From an uncultured Eubacteriales bacterium (GTDB lineage Bacteria > Acidobacteriota > Aminicenantia > Aminicenantales > Aminicenantaceae), in NCBI GenBank assembly GCA_964505785.1, contig CAZDJZ010000001.1:259996-323995 (forward strand): 64,000 bases of DNA, read 5' to 3'. Made by a program: the position numbers and the translations under genes. The notes under the pieces were generated by a model that worked only from the letters and a program-made list of their open reading frames with translations, did not search any database and was not told where the DNA came from. Below, in pieces: positions 1 through 10,068 of the stretch (its first letter is position 1; each line of letters starts with the position of its first letter).

Positions 1-2760
1 AGTCTGGTTTTGCCGTCCTTGAGGGAATTCCCCTTTAATCCTGAGTTCATTCAAGAGTGGCAGGCTCATGCGGAAAAAACGGCAAACCTTAAGCAAAACG
101 ATGACCTCAATGCCCGGATTGAGCGGCTGCATGCCGGCGATGTTTATCCTTCCTTTACGGTTCACAGCCTGCTGAACCGGAAACACTTTGTTTCTTTTTT
201 TGATTATCTGGAAGATGCTGTGTTTATTATTGATGATTTTTCCCGGGTGGAAATGGAATGGAAAATTATGCGAAAGGATTGGCGGGAGCAATATGAGGAA
301 GTTGTATCCCGCAACCAATTCGCTCTTCCTCCAGAAGATATTTTCCCCGCTGGTCTTTGGGAAAACATCAAAAAGCAGTCGCTTCATTTTAATACGATTG
401 GAGACCAAAGTGACCATATCACTTTTTCTTTTCAGCCGGTTCCCCGGTTTGAAAATAGAATTCCTTTCTTTTTGAAATATCTGCATAAAATACAGTCCGA
501 AGGAGAGGTTTGCACTATTTTTTTTTCAGGGGAAGGCGTGCGGGAAAAATTAGCTTTTCTCCTGCAGGAAAACCGGATCCCTTTTATCAAATCAGACGAC
601 CCTTTTTTTCAACCCCGGGATGAATCCTTAATTTTATCCAAAGGCCGGCTGAAACGGGGATTCCGTTTTCCGGAACAGCGGGTCAGCTTTTTTTCCGAAT
701 CCGATATTTTCACTCAAGAAAGAGTTTTGCTTCGCCGCCGCCGTTCCCGGCCTTTTTCGACTCAGTTCCAGGATTTAAAAGCCGGTGATTATGTTGTTCA
801 CACCGATTATGGAATCGGCATGTTCAAGGGACTGGTCAAGATGGGGATTGACGGAAAAAAGCAGGAATTTATTGAAATTGTTTATCTGGATGATGATAAA
901 CTTTTTGTTCCCATGGAAGATTTGAATCTGGTGCAAAAGTATTCCCAATTGGATAAAGCGGCTCCTCCGCTTAGTAAACTGGGCTCACCCCAATGGGAAA
1001 AGACAAAAGCCAGAACTAAAAAGGCTATTGAAAAAATGGCGAAAGAATTGCTTCAGCTCTACGCCAGGAGAAAGGCGGTTCAAGGTTACCGCTTCAGCCG
1101 GGAAGGCCGTTGGATGGATGATTTTGAAAAAACATTTGAATATGAAGAAACCGGAGACCAGTTAACATCGATTGAGGATGTGCTGAAAGATATGGAATCG
1201 GATACTCCAATGGACCGTCTTATATGCGGGGATGTCGGATATGGAAAAACGGAAGTTGCCGCCCGGGCAGCGTTCAAAGCGGTTATGGACGGGAAGCAAG
1301 TGGCGGTTCTATGCCCCACTACGGTTTTAGCGAGTCAGCATTTCAAAACTTTTTCTAGCCGGATGGTTCTGTTTCCTGTGAGGGTTGAAGCATTGACCCG
1401 CATGCAAACCAAAAAAGAGCAGGAAGCTGTACTGAAAGACATGGAGGCGGGTTTGGTGGATATTATCATCGGAACACACCGGATTTTGTCTGATGATGTA
1501 AAATTGCGGGACCTGGGCTTGCTGATTGTTGATGAAGAACAGAGGTTTGGGGTTAAGCACAAGGAAAAAATCAAGCAGATGAAAACCAATATTGATGTCT
1601 TGACCCTGACGGCAACCCCGATTCCCCGCACGTTAAACATGTCTCTGACCGGATTGCGGGATATCAGCCTGATCGAAACGCCGCCCCGGGACCGCCTTGC
1701 TATTCACACGGTGGTGACACCGTTTAATCGAAATCTCATAACCTCAGCCGCGAGGAAAGAATTGGCGCGGGACGGACAAGTGTATTTTGTTCATAACCGC
1801 GTCAATGATATAGAGACTATTGTTGGCATGATAAAAAAATGGGTCCCTGAGGCCCGGGTGACGGCCGTTCACGGACAGATGTCCGGTTCCGGACTCGAAA
1901 AGAAAATGTTGGAATTTATTAGAGGACGTTTTAATGTTTTGGTTTCCACTACAATCATTGAGAATGGAATAGATATTCCCCGGGTCAATACATTAATTGT
2001 TAACCGTGCTGACCGGTTTGGACTGGCTCAGCTTTATCAGCTGCGTGGACGGGTTGGCCGGTCGACACGCCAGGCCTTTGCCTATTTTCTGGTTCCTCCC
2101 TATGAAGAAATAACCCAGCAGGCAAAAGAAAGACTGTCAGCTTTAAAGGAATTCACAGAGTTGGGTTCAGGGTTCAGGCTGGCTGCCAGAGATCTTGAAA
2201 TCCGGGGCGCTGGAAATTTTTTAGGGGCTGATCAGCATGGATATATGGAAGCGGTGGGATTTGACTATTATATGAATGTGATGGAACGCACGGTGCGGGA
2301 ATTGAAAGGAGAAAAAACGGAAGAGATTAAAACCAGAATCAACCTTAAGGTGGATATCAGGATTCCGGAAGCCTACCTCCCCCAGGTCAACCTGCGGTTG
2401 AATCTGTATAAACGGGTATCATCCATAGACAGCCTGAAAGAATTGAAGCAAATCGAAGAAGAAACGGCTGACCGTTTCGGTCCTGTCCCTTCTACGGTTT
2501 GTCATCTTTTCCGTTATGGTGCCATCAAGTTTTTAGCCGGCTGCTTAAAGATTGAATCCATTGACCGCATCGGCGACAAACTTATTTTTAAATTTTTTCC
2601 GGATTCGAAAGCGGATCCTGGGCAATTTGTGAGAATATTGAATGACTATTCCGGGTCTGTCACGCCTGACGGAATGATGACTTTAAAAGCCGCCGGCGGC
2701 AATTCCGGCAAATTGATGGATGAAACCATATCAATCCTAAAAGAGTTAATGATATTATGA
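1..2760 (+). CDS. mfd: Transcription-repair coupling factor Mfd (5'-truncated by window edge)
   Basis: The frame is open back to nt 1, so the N-terminus lies upstream. It has a CarD-like RNAP-interacting segment (GDYVVHTDYGIG), SF2 helicase motifs GDVGYGKTEVA and DEEQRFGV, and a TRCF C-terminal region. Confidence 0.93.
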   Translation, partial: SLVLPSLREFPFNPEFIQEWQAHAEKTANLKQNDDLNARIERLHAGDVYPSFTVHSLLNRKHFVSFFDYLEDAVFIIDDFSRVEMEWKIMRKDWREQYEEVVSRNQFALPPEDIFPAGLWENIKKQSLHFNTIGDQSDHITFSFQPVPRFENRIPFFLKYLHKIQSEGEVCTIFFSGEGVREKLAFLLQENRIPFIKSDDPFFQPRDESLILSKGRLKRGFRFPEQRVSFFSESDIFTQERVLLRRRRSRPFSTQFQDLKAGDYVVHTDYGIGMFKGLVKMGIDGKKQEFIEIVYLDDDKLFVPMEDLNLVQKYSQLDKAAPPLSKLGSPQWEKTKARTKKAIEKMAKELLQLYARRKAVQGYRFSREGRWMDDFEKTFEYEETGDQLTSIEDVLKDMESDTPMDRLICGDVGYGKTEVAARAAFKAVMDGKQVAVLCPTTVLASQHFKTFSSRMVLFPVRVEALTRMQTKKEQEAVLKDMEAGLVDIIIGTHRILSDDVKLRDLGLLIVDEEQRFGVKHKEKIKQMKTNIDVLTLTATPIPRTLNMSLTGLRDISLIETPPRDRLAIHTVVTPFNRNLITSAARKELARDGQVYFVHNRVNDIETIVGMIKKWVPEARVTAVHGQMSGSGLEKKMLEFIRGRFNVLVSTTIIENGIDIPRVNTLIVNRADRFGLAQLYQLRGRVGRSTRQAFAYFLVPPYEEITQQAKERLSALKEFTELGSGFRLAARDLEIRGAGNFLGADQHGYMEAVGFDYYMNVMERTVRELKGEKTEEIKTRINLKVDIRIPEAYLPQVNLRLNLYKRVSSIDSLKELKQIEEETADRFGPVPSTVCHLFRYGAIKFLAGCLKIESIDRIGDKLIFKFFPDSKADPGQFVRILNDYSGSVTPDGMMTLKAAGGNSGKLMDETISILKELMIL

Positions 2761-2877
2761 AAGCACCATGCCTGGATTATTTGCAGGCAGGGGCGCTGTT
2801 AATGCGGGAACATTTTTTTATCCAAGTCAGGCTTGTTCATTATTCGGATAAGTTGTTATAATAAGCCGGGTATTTTG

Positions 2878-3816
2878 ATGCATAAACAAATTGGAATTTT
2901 TTTACTGCTTATATTTTTAATCTGGAGTTGTGATAATAGTGACGCGGAAGGAGGATATGCTTCCACCCGCGAGGGGCGCAATGTTGTTCTCACTATTGAC
3001 GGCGCCGAATATACAAATGCGGATTACTTGAGATACGTGAAGGTGACAACCGGGCAGGAATTTGCATCTTTATCGCCTGAGGCATTAAAGGAATTGGTCA
3101 ATAGTTTTATTGAAGAAAAGCTGCTGCTGCGGGCGGCGGAGAAAGCCGGCGTTGCTTTAACCTCCGACGAAAAGAGGAGATATACGAAAGGGGTATTGGG
3201 TGAGGATAGCGGCGAGATTTCTTTAGATGAAAATCCCAGGCTGCAGCCGTTCCTGGATAAGTATTTGGTGGAAAAATTTACGGCTGGGCTTATCCAGGGG
3301 CTTGAGGTTGGAGATGAAGGTATTGAAAGGTATTATGAAGAGCATAAAAGGGATTTCTTGCGGCCGGAAAGAGTAAGAGTCAGTCAGATTCTTTTAGAGA
3401 CCCAGGAACAGGCGGTCGAAGCCTTGGAAAAAGTCAAGGGGAAGGAGGAAGAGATCTTCCGGAATACAGCCCGCACTATGTCTATGGGCATGGAAGCGTC
3501 TCGCGGCGGCAAGATGGGAGTTTTTGCAATGGGGCAGCTTCCTGTGGAAATGGACAATGTTATTTTTCAATTAAAAAAAGACGAGGTAAGCCAGATCGTT
3601 GAGTCTGCATATGGGTATCATATTTTCCGGCTGGATGAAAAGCTGGAACAAACTTTGATGACGCCGGAAGAAGCAGCGCCTGAAATCAAAAAAATCCTGC
3701 TTAACCGCAGAATCGAGAGTTATATGGAAACCTATTTGGAGGAACTCAAAAATCATTTAGACTGGTCCTTCCATTCCGACCGGCTGGCTCAGCCCAAGCA
3801 AGAGGACATGCAATGA
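2878..3816 (+). CDS. Parvulin-type peptidyl-prolyl isomerase lipoprotein (PpiC/PrsA-like)
   Basis: Start chosen at ATG 2878; the ORF track extends to 2833. It has a signal peptide with lipobox LIWS-C and a C-terminal rotamase signature (GGKMGVFAMGQL, YGYHIFRL). Confidence 0.8.
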   Translation: MHKQIGIFLLLIFLIWSCDNSDAEGGYASTREGRNVVLTIDGAEYTNADYLRYVKVTTGQEFASLSPEALKELVNSFIEEKLLLRAAEKAGVALTSDEKRRYTKGVLGEDSGEISLDENPRLQPFLDKYLVEKFTAGLIQGLEVGDEGIERYYEEHKRDFLRPERVRVSQILLETQEQAVEALEKVKGKEEEIFRNTARTMSMGMEASRGGKMGVFAMGQLPVEMDNVIFQLKKDEVSQIVESAYGYHIFRLDEKLEQTLMTPEEAAPEIKKILLNRRIESYMETYLEELKNHLDWSFHSDRLAQPKQEDMQ

Positions 3817-4805
3817 TTAAAATAAAGACAACTGTTTTTTTTATATTCTTTTTGGCCGCCGGCTTATTTTCCTTTCAGGGAGAAGTCATTGAGGCTATTG
3901 TCGCTGTGGTGGAAGACGACGTTATCACCTTGTCTGAAATCAGATCCGAATACCGGATGCGGGCGGAGGCTATTCGCTCACAACTTGAAGGAGAACAGCT
4001 TTCAGCGCAGTTGAAGCTTATGAAAGATAATTTATTGGAAGAGATGATCACCAATAAGCTATTGCTGCAAAAAGCCAAAAATCAAGGAATAGATGTGACT
4101 GAACAATTAAATATGCAAATCGAATCGTTAAAGGAAGAAAACGGTTTTGAGACCGACGGCCAGCTTATTCAGGCTATGCGCCAGCAAGGAATTGTCTTTG
4201 AGGAATGGAAAAATGAAATGAAAGAAAACCTGTTAAGGCAGGCTGTCATATTCAATGAAATTGGGCAAAGCATTGTTGTTGATGATACCGAGGTGGTCAA
4301 CTATTACCAGGAACACCGCCTGGAGTTTGAAGAACCGGTGGAGTATACCATTAAGGCAATTTATTTGTCAGGCGAAGATAAAATTAAAGAAGAAGCCCGG
4401 AGTACGATGGATGAAATCCTGGGCAAGCTCAATGCAGGTGAAGATTTTAGTGACTTGGCTGCAGAATATTCAGACCTTGAAGTTGCTGAAGAAGAAGAAG
4501 ACGATGAATCCCGGGGGCTTTTGGGAAGTTATCAGCCGGGTGATTTAAACCCCGCTTTGGAAAGAGAAGTTGAAAAATTGGGAAAAGGGGATGTTTCCTC
4601 CTGGATAGAAGCACAGAATGGATGGTGGCTGCTTAAACTTGTGAATAAAAAGGAGAGCCGGATCAAGGAATTTGGGGAAGTGAGAAATGAAATTGAACGG
4701 ACCCTTTATCAGCGGAGACAGCAGCAGGCCATAGAGGAATATGTAACAAAGCTCCGTGATGATAGTTATGTTAAGATTATTATTGAAAATCCTTTTGATA
4801 ATTAA
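3813..4805 (+). CDS. SurA-like periplasmic chaperone / parvulin-like PPIase
   Basis: ATGA overlap with the upstream gene. It has an N-terminal signal anchor, a SurA-N-like segment (AIVAVVEDDVITLSEI) and a C-terminal parvulin-like segment (GLLGSY..., GWWLLKL). Confidence 0.75.
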   Translation: MIKIKTTVFFIFFLAAGLFSFQGEVIEAIVAVVEDDVITLSEIRSEYRMRAEAIRSQLEGEQLSAQLKLMKDNLLEEMITNKLLLQKAKNQGIDVTEQLNMQIESLKEENGFETDGQLIQAMRQQGIVFEEWKNEMKENLLRQAVIFNEIGQSIVVDDTEVVNYYQEHRLEFEEPVEYTIKAIYLSGEDKIKEEARSTMDEILGKLNAGEDFSDLAAEYSDLEVAEEEEDDESRGLLGSYQPGDLNPALEREVEKLGKGDVSSWIEAQNGWWLLKLVNKKESRIKEFGEVRNEIERTLYQRRQQQAIEEYVTKLRDDSYVKIIIENPFDN

Positions 4806-4815
4806 CCGGACTTAT

Positions 4816-4872
4816 TAGCCTGGATTATTAGTTCGAAAATGGCCCGAAAGGGTCGTCGTGAGGAGCAGGCTT
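4816..4872 (+). repeat. Dispersed intergenic repeat: TAGCCTGGATTATT word plus GAAA-capped hairpin module
   Basis: Starts 10 nt after the stop at 4805. It aligns end to end with the reverse complement of 33965-34035 and is bounded by the short inverted pair AGCCTG...CAGGCT. Confidence 0.8.
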
Positions 4873-4876
4873 TGAT

Positions 4877-5425
4877 TTATTTTTTGATTTCCGGTTGTTT
4901 TTCTTGGCCGACTTCTTCCGGTTCTTCAAAATTAATTTCCCGGGATACATCATAGTCTCCGATATGGACGTATTGAGAACCCTTTGATTTGGCGAATAAA
5001 CGTATACTTACGGTTTTCCATTCGGGATTATTTTTAAAATGGCTGATGGATTTTCCTTCGACACCGAAATTACTCTGCAAGGAAATGTTTTCGCTGGTTT
5101 CTCCGCGCTGAACAGCATCCCCGCGGATTCCAGCAATGAAATTGTCTCCAAGATTTTCCTGATCGCCTTCAAATCTGAAGATGCCGTTGAAATAGATGAA
5201 GGTTAACGGCTCATTCCCTACGTTTTTAACCTTAAAGTCCATTGCCGGCACTAAGGTCAATTTTGGAGGCCAGGGCTGATAATATTTTTTTTCCCACCGT
5301 GAATAGACATCAACGATCTCAATCGAATCTTTTAATTCTTCCGCACTCATTCCCTTGGAACAACCGATGTTCAGCATCGAAAAACCCATAACAGCGATAA
5401 GAGCCAAGATCCATTTTATCTTCAT
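4877..5425 (-). CDS. Hypothetical lipoprotein
   Basis: Signal peptide plus lipobox (MLNIG-C). The sequence looks beta-rich and has no catalytic motif I recognise. Confidence 0.6.
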   Translation of the reverse strand: MKIKWILALIAVMGFSMLNIGCSKGMSAEELKDSIEIVDVYSRWEKKYYQPWPPKLTLVPAMDFKVKNVGNEPLTFIYFNGIFRFEGDQENLGDNFIAGIRGDAVQRGETSENISLQSNFGVEGKSISHFKNNPEWKTVSIRLFAKSKGSQYVHIGDYDVSREINFEEPEEVGQEKQPEIKK

Positions 5426-5589
5426 CTTCGATTCCTCCTTATTGACTTACCTGAATTTTTCATGAAAAAATAATCCACTTTAAATATATCCGATCTTATA
5501 TCTAAGTGCAACCGCAAAACGCAAAATGCAAAAACCCCTCGACAATGCAGATGCGTGGGAAAACCGGCCTCCCAGATCAGGTAAATACC

Positions 5590-6762
5590 TTATTTTACGA
5601 TTTTTGAGGCGTAGACGGCCTGGAGGCCGTATTCTTCGACCAGGTGAAAATTATTTTTCAGGGTTTCAAGAGTTTCAGGATACGGATGGCAAATTCCCAC
5701 TGCATATCCTGTGCTGAGAGCGGTTTGGAGAAGTTTTATGAATTGCTCTTTAATGTATTGGTGATTGACTTCACTGTCAAGAAAAATATGACGGCGGGCG
5801 GAAGGAATCCCCAATTCCCTTGCGACAGCAAAAGCCACGGATTTAGGGGTTGTGCGGCTGTCGATAAAATAGAGCTGTTTAGCCTTTATGCGATTGAGAA
5901 TAATGTTCATAAATTCAGCGTTTTGAGTTGTTTTTGAACCCATATGCGTGTTGACTCCGCGGATATAAGGAACTTTTCGTATGCCTTCGTCTACGGAAGC
6001 GATGATTTCTGCAGGGCTCATTCCGGAGTGGACCAGCCCCTCCGTATGATCATTGTCATAATTGTTGTTGAGGGACTCTAAGGGGAGGTGAAGAATGACT
6101 TCGAGGTTGTTCCTCTGGGCTATTCGTGCCGTCTCTACGGCAAGGGGAGTATATGGAAGTACAGCCACTGTTACCTTTTGTTTTAAATCGCAGATATCCC
6201 GGATGCTGTTTAAAGAGTATCCCAAGTCATCTATGATTAATGCGACGCGGCCGGCTTGACCCGGAGCGGGCTTGGCTTCATCTTCCGGTGGAGATTGAAT
6301 GAGAAAAAGAATGTATAAAGTTTCTTCATCCGGGCTCTCCACTCTCCATAAAGTATACCGGGTTCCTTCATCATGAGGTCTGGATTCCGTTGTAACCGCA
6401 GCGGGATATTTCCGGTAAACAGCTTTAAGGGTTTGTTTCAATTGGTTATACTCTCTGCTGCTGATTCTCAGCATTACATGAAAAAATCCTTCTTCGTCGC
6501 GATAATAGCTGAAGGCATCCATAGAAAGAGCCCTTTTTTGGATGAGGCCGTGCGTGATATCAAAGAGATGTGCAGATGCAGCGGGCTCAGCCGTGTTCCC
6601 GCCTAACACAAAGGAAAAAACATAGGATCTTTTCCCTTTTTCCCAATTGAGATAGTCTAAGCCCAAGATCGTTGCTGCGGCCAGAAGGATCAAGATGATA
6701 TAGATGATAAGCGGGTTTGGTTGGATTTCTTTCCCTTGAGGGGGCAATTTTGATGTCATCAA
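5590..6762 (-). CDS. Divergent polysaccharide deacetylase family protein (YibQ-like)
   Basis: N-terminal TM anchor followed by YibQ-type motifs ALIIDDLGY, LPYTP, HLPLE and NTHMGS. It overlaps the upstream S41 gene by 4 nt. Confidence 0.8.
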   Translation of the reverse strand: MMTSKLPPQGKEIQPNPLIIYIILILLAAATILGLDYLNWEKGKRSYVFSFVLGGNTAEPAASAHLFDITHGLIQKRALSMDAFSYYRDEEGFFHVMLRISSREYNQLKQTLKAVYRKYPAAVTTESRPHDEGTRYTLWRVESPDEETLYILFLIQSPPEDEAKPAPGQAGRVALIIDDLGYSLNSIRDICDLKQKVTVAVLPYTPLAVETARIAQRNNLEVILHLPLESLNNNYDNDHTEGLVHSGMSPAEIIASVDEGIRKVPYIRGVNTHMGSKTTQNAEFMNIILNRIKAKQLYFIDSRTTPKSVAFAVARELGIPSARRHIFLDSEVNHQYIKEQFIKLLQTALSTGYAVGICHPYPETLETLKNNFHLVEEYGLQAVYASKIVK

Positions 6763-7940
6763 TCCCCAATGGTTGTTTTAGTCGCTTTGAGATACGCTTC
6801 CCGGCTGAGGTCACCGGGATCAATCCGGATTCCGGGACTGATGCCTTCCCGCCACAATTCCGGGGGATTAGATGGATGAAATACGGATGAGGTCAGGATC
6901 ATTCCGCTTTGGTCATTAAAAAGAAAAAATTCATTTCTGGCGGTTAAACCGGGTGTATGCAGACCAATGATTTCTGCTGCCTTTTCATGGTCTTGCAGGA
7001 TCCGTATCACCATTTCAGATGCACCTGTTGTGGCCTGATTGGTCCATATAATCAAGGGGATTCGTACCAACAGCGGTTCTTCCCGGCATCCGATCACCGG
7101 ATCGGCATCCCCTTTCTTGTCCCAAAACCCAATTTCATCTTCTTGAATAAAGAGGTTCAAGAACCGGCATGCAGCGGCGTAATCCCCCTGATTGCAGTTG
7201 CGAAAATCCAAAATAAACGGCAGCCGGGCTTCGAGCATCTCAGGTACATAAATTTTTTGAAATTGGGCCACGTCCTGCATTGTGAAATTTCTTATTTTCA
7301 GAATACCGCTGGTGCCGGGCTCTGCTTCAAAAGTGAAGGACGGTGAAGAGACAAGGCTGGTCTCCAGCGTGATTTCCTGGTTTTCCTCCGCTTGCATGAG
7401 TTTAATTTTGATCGGGCTCGGCTCTATGGACCTCAGCTTCATGTCAGCTTCGGCCAAACTCATATGAAGCGTGGATTCACCGTTGATTGCTCCAATGGAA
7501 TCACCGATTTTCAGGCCCTTCTCCTGCGCGGGTGAATTGTCCCTGACTCCTGTGACAACAGGAAAAGTTCCATAATTTTTATATAAAATTATTCCTGTCT
7601 CGGGGATGGGCTGTTTCCGGTTCTCTATATACTTTCCGGCTGTCTCGGGTGTCAGATACCCTGACATTCTGTCCAGAGAATTGATCAGTCCCTTATAAGC
7701 CCCTTCCATGGTTTGACCCGGGTCAGGTTCTTCTACATAATCGTCTCTGATTAAGCTTATAGCTGTGCCTAGAATTCGGAAGCTCTTGTTTTCATCCGAG
7801 TTTCTATCTATCCCGGGAAGAATTCCGCTTTCGACGAGAAAAAATAATGAAGCCGCCGCCAAAAGTGTGATAACAAATAGTCTTGTTCTTTTTTGTTGCA
7901 TTTTTTTCAGCCTGAACTTTTCAATTGTATCATCTTCCAT
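6759..7940 (-). CDS. S41 family C-terminal processing peptidase homologue (PDZ-containing; catalytic Lys apparently missing)
   Basis: TM anchor, PDZ (GLKIGDSIGAINGES) and S41 core (ILDFRNCNQGD; NQATTGASE). The position of the TFGKG lysine reads TPGLT. Confidence 0.72.
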   Translation of the reverse strand: MEDDTIEKFRLKKMQQKRTRLFVITLLAAASLFFLVESGILPGIDRNSDENKSFRILGTAISLIRDDYVEEPDPGQTMEGAYKGLINSLDRMSGYLTPETAGKYIENRKQPIPETGIILYKNYGTFPVVTGVRDNSPAQEKGLKIGDSIGAINGESTLHMSLAEADMKLRSIEPSPIKIKLMQAEENQEITLETSLVSSPSFTFEAEPGTSGILKIRNFTMQDVAQFQKIYVPEMLEARLPFILDFRNCNQGDYAAACRFLNLFIQEDEIGFWDKKGDADPVIGCREEPLLVRIPLIIWTNQATTGASEMVIRILQDHEKAAEIIGLHTPGLTARNEFFLFNDQSGMILTSSVFHPSNPPELWREGISPGIRIDPGDLSREAYLKATKTTIGD

Positions 7941-9081
7941 TTAACCATTGCAAGGGGTCGAGGGGTCTGGCTTTATGCCGGATTTCCAGGTAAAGAGATG
8001 GACCGTCAAGCGCTCCGATATCACCCACGATTGCGATAGGCGCATCTTTTTGGACCGGATCTCCTTTTTTGACCAGAAATTCAGAACAATGCCCATAAAG
8101 AGAGTAGTACGACATACCATGATCAACGATGATGAGATTTCCATATCCTTGAATATAATCCGTATACACCACCACCCCGGGATGAATACATTTTACAATC
8201 GTGCTGTCAGCCGGTGAAATTTCAATTCCGTTTTTTTTGGTTACGGTATTGAAGCGCGGATGCCGTTTAACCCCGAAGCGGCTGATCACTTTTCCAGAAA
8301 TCGGCCAGGGCAGAATGCCTTTTTTTTCATATAACGGGAGCAGCGGAAAAGGCAGTTTAATATCTTCCTCCAGAAGTTTCTTCATAAGGTTCTGCAGCTG
8401 CTCGGCCCGGTCCTTCAATTCTTCCAGCATTTGGGTATGGGCACGCTTGTCTTGATTGATGTCTTGGATCAAGCCGCGATGCCGGTTTTCTTGTTCCTGG
8501 AATTCCCGCCTTTTATCTTCCGCTTTCCGGATCAGGATATTGATTTCATCTTGTTTGTTCTCCAGAGATTCCCTGGCTTTTTCCAGATTTTTCAAGCTGG
8601 TTAGATAATCGCGAATAAGATTTTCCTGGTGATGGGCCAGGACCGTCAATTGTTTGTTTTGGGTCAGCAGGGTGGCCGCATTATCGACTTTTAAAACCAA
8701 ATCGATATAATTCAGCCGGCCGTATTTATAGAGAGAATTCAGAATTTGTTTGACACCGGCCTGTTTTTCCCGGAGCTTTGCCTCCAGGCCGGGAATATTT
8801 TCACGGATAGCTGAAATTTCCCGGGTGATTTTTTCCAGCCGGGTATGGTAAAGCTTGATTTCCTTTTGAATCAGATTTTTCTGGAAACTCAACTTGTCCA
8901 GGCGGGCCAAGATAGACGATTCCTTTTTTTCTTCAGCTTGTATCCGTGCGCGAATCTCTTTGATCTGATTGGATATCTCGACCAGCCGTTTTTCATATTC
9001 GGAAACGTCTTGGGTTCTGAGAAGAGAATCGGCAGCCAGTGAAAGCATGATGAAAATTATTAATAATGATTTTACCTTCAT
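7930..9081 (-). CDS. EnvC-like murein hydrolase activator (coiled coil + degenerate LytM/M23 domain)
   Basis: Signal peptide, long coiled coil and a C-terminal LytM domain (GYGNLIIVDHG, YSLYGH). The metal ligands are degenerate (NGIEIS for HxxxD, SLYLEIRH for HLHFE), as in E. coli EnvC. Confidence 0.8.
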   Translation of the reverse strand: MKVKSLLIIFIMLSLAADSLLRTQDVSEYEKRLVEISNQIKEIRARIQAEEKKESSILARLDKLSFQKNLIQKEIKLYHTRLEKITREISAIRENIPGLEAKLREKQAGVKQILNSLYKYGRLNYIDLVLKVDNAATLLTQNKQLTVLAHHQENLIRDYLTSLKNLEKARESLENKQDEINILIRKAEDKRREFQEQENRHRGLIQDINQDKRAHTQMLEELKDRAEQLQNLMKKLLEEDIKLPFPLLPLYEKKGILPWPISGKVISRFGVKRHPRFNTVTKKNGIEISPADSTIVKCIHPGVVVYTDYIQGYGNLIIVDHGMSYYSLYGHCSEFLVKKGDPVQKDAPIAIVGDIGALDGPSLYLEIRHKARPLDPLQWLNGR

Positions 9082-9096
9082 TGGTTCGAGGTTTGT

Positions 9097-10056
9097 TTAT
9101 CCCGGTTGCTGCCGGGTTACATATATTATACCACCGATGATGCCGATGAGAAGCATGAAGGCGACATCCACAAGAGCGAAGGCAAAAGCGGAGCCGGCGG
9201 CGATGCCGTAAAATTCAAATATTTCGATATAAGCGCCTTCTCGAAGCCCCAGACCGTTGATGGTTATCGGAATGAGCTGAATCAAAAGCACGATCGGGAT
9301 AAAAATGAAATAATCAACCAAGTGAATTTGTAAACTCAGTGCCCTGCCGATCAAAAAGAAATGAAGAATGACATTGACTTGGAGGCAGAAAGCCCAGAAA
9401 AATGCCTGTGCGAGGGCGGTTTTTCGTTGTTTGTAGAAGATAATGATGGTGCGGAATTCGCGGATCTTTTCCTTGACTTTAACCAGGGGACCGCGGGCCG
9501 GGATCAAAGCGAGGAATTTTTCGGCCAGAGGAGTAAAAAAAACGAAGAACATGAACAGGCCGGATAACCCCAGCAATAAGGATATCCAGATCACAGGAAT
9601 AGTTCGGGCCATATCCAGCCGGATTAAAGCGGCGCCGGTTGCAAAGACAAAAAGAACCACAATTCCGGTCATACGCTCTACCAGCACGATCGCCGATGAT
9701 TTAAGCACAGTATGGGAGTAGCGGGACCCGTCCCATATCCGCACCACATCGCCTCCGATGCGGGAAGGAAGAAAGTTATTGAAAAAAGTTCCGACAAGAT
9801 ATGATTTGGCTAGAAAGCTCAATGGAACATCGTCTCCCTGGGCCATGATGAGGATTTTCCAGCGCACTGCACTGATCAGTAATCCCAAAAGATGCAGAGA
9901 AAAAGATACGGCCAGCCAAAATGGATTCGCATTCGTCAGTACAGCGGCGATATCCGCAAAAGATGTTTTGAAAATCAGAAGCAAAGCCAGCAGTGTGCCG
10001 CTGACCAGGAGTTTAAGAGAGAAACTGATGAGATTGATGCGTTTTTTCTCTGACAT
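9097..10056 (-). CDS. Flippase-like membrane protein, UPF0104 / lysyl-PG synthase TM-region family
   Basis: About 8 hydrophobic helices and the family-typical segment FFNNFLPSRIGGDVVR. Confidence 0.7.
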   Translation of the reverse strand: MSEKKRINLISFSLKLLVSGTLLALLLIFKTSFADIAAVLTNANPFWLAVSFSLHLLGLLISAVRWKILIMAQGDDVPLSFLAKSYLVGTFFNNFLPSRIGGDVVRIWDGSRYSHTVLKSSAIVLVERMTGIVVLFVFATGAALIRLDMARTIPVIWISLLLGLSGLFMFFVFFTPLAEKFLALIPARGPLVKVKEKIREFRTIIIFYKQRKTALAQAFFWAFCLQVNVILHFFLIGRALSLQIHLVDYFIFIPIVLLIQLIPITINGLGLREGAYIEIFEFYGIAAGSAFAFALVDVAFMLLIGIIGGIIYVTRQQPG

Positions 10057-10068
10057 GGTTGAACCCTT

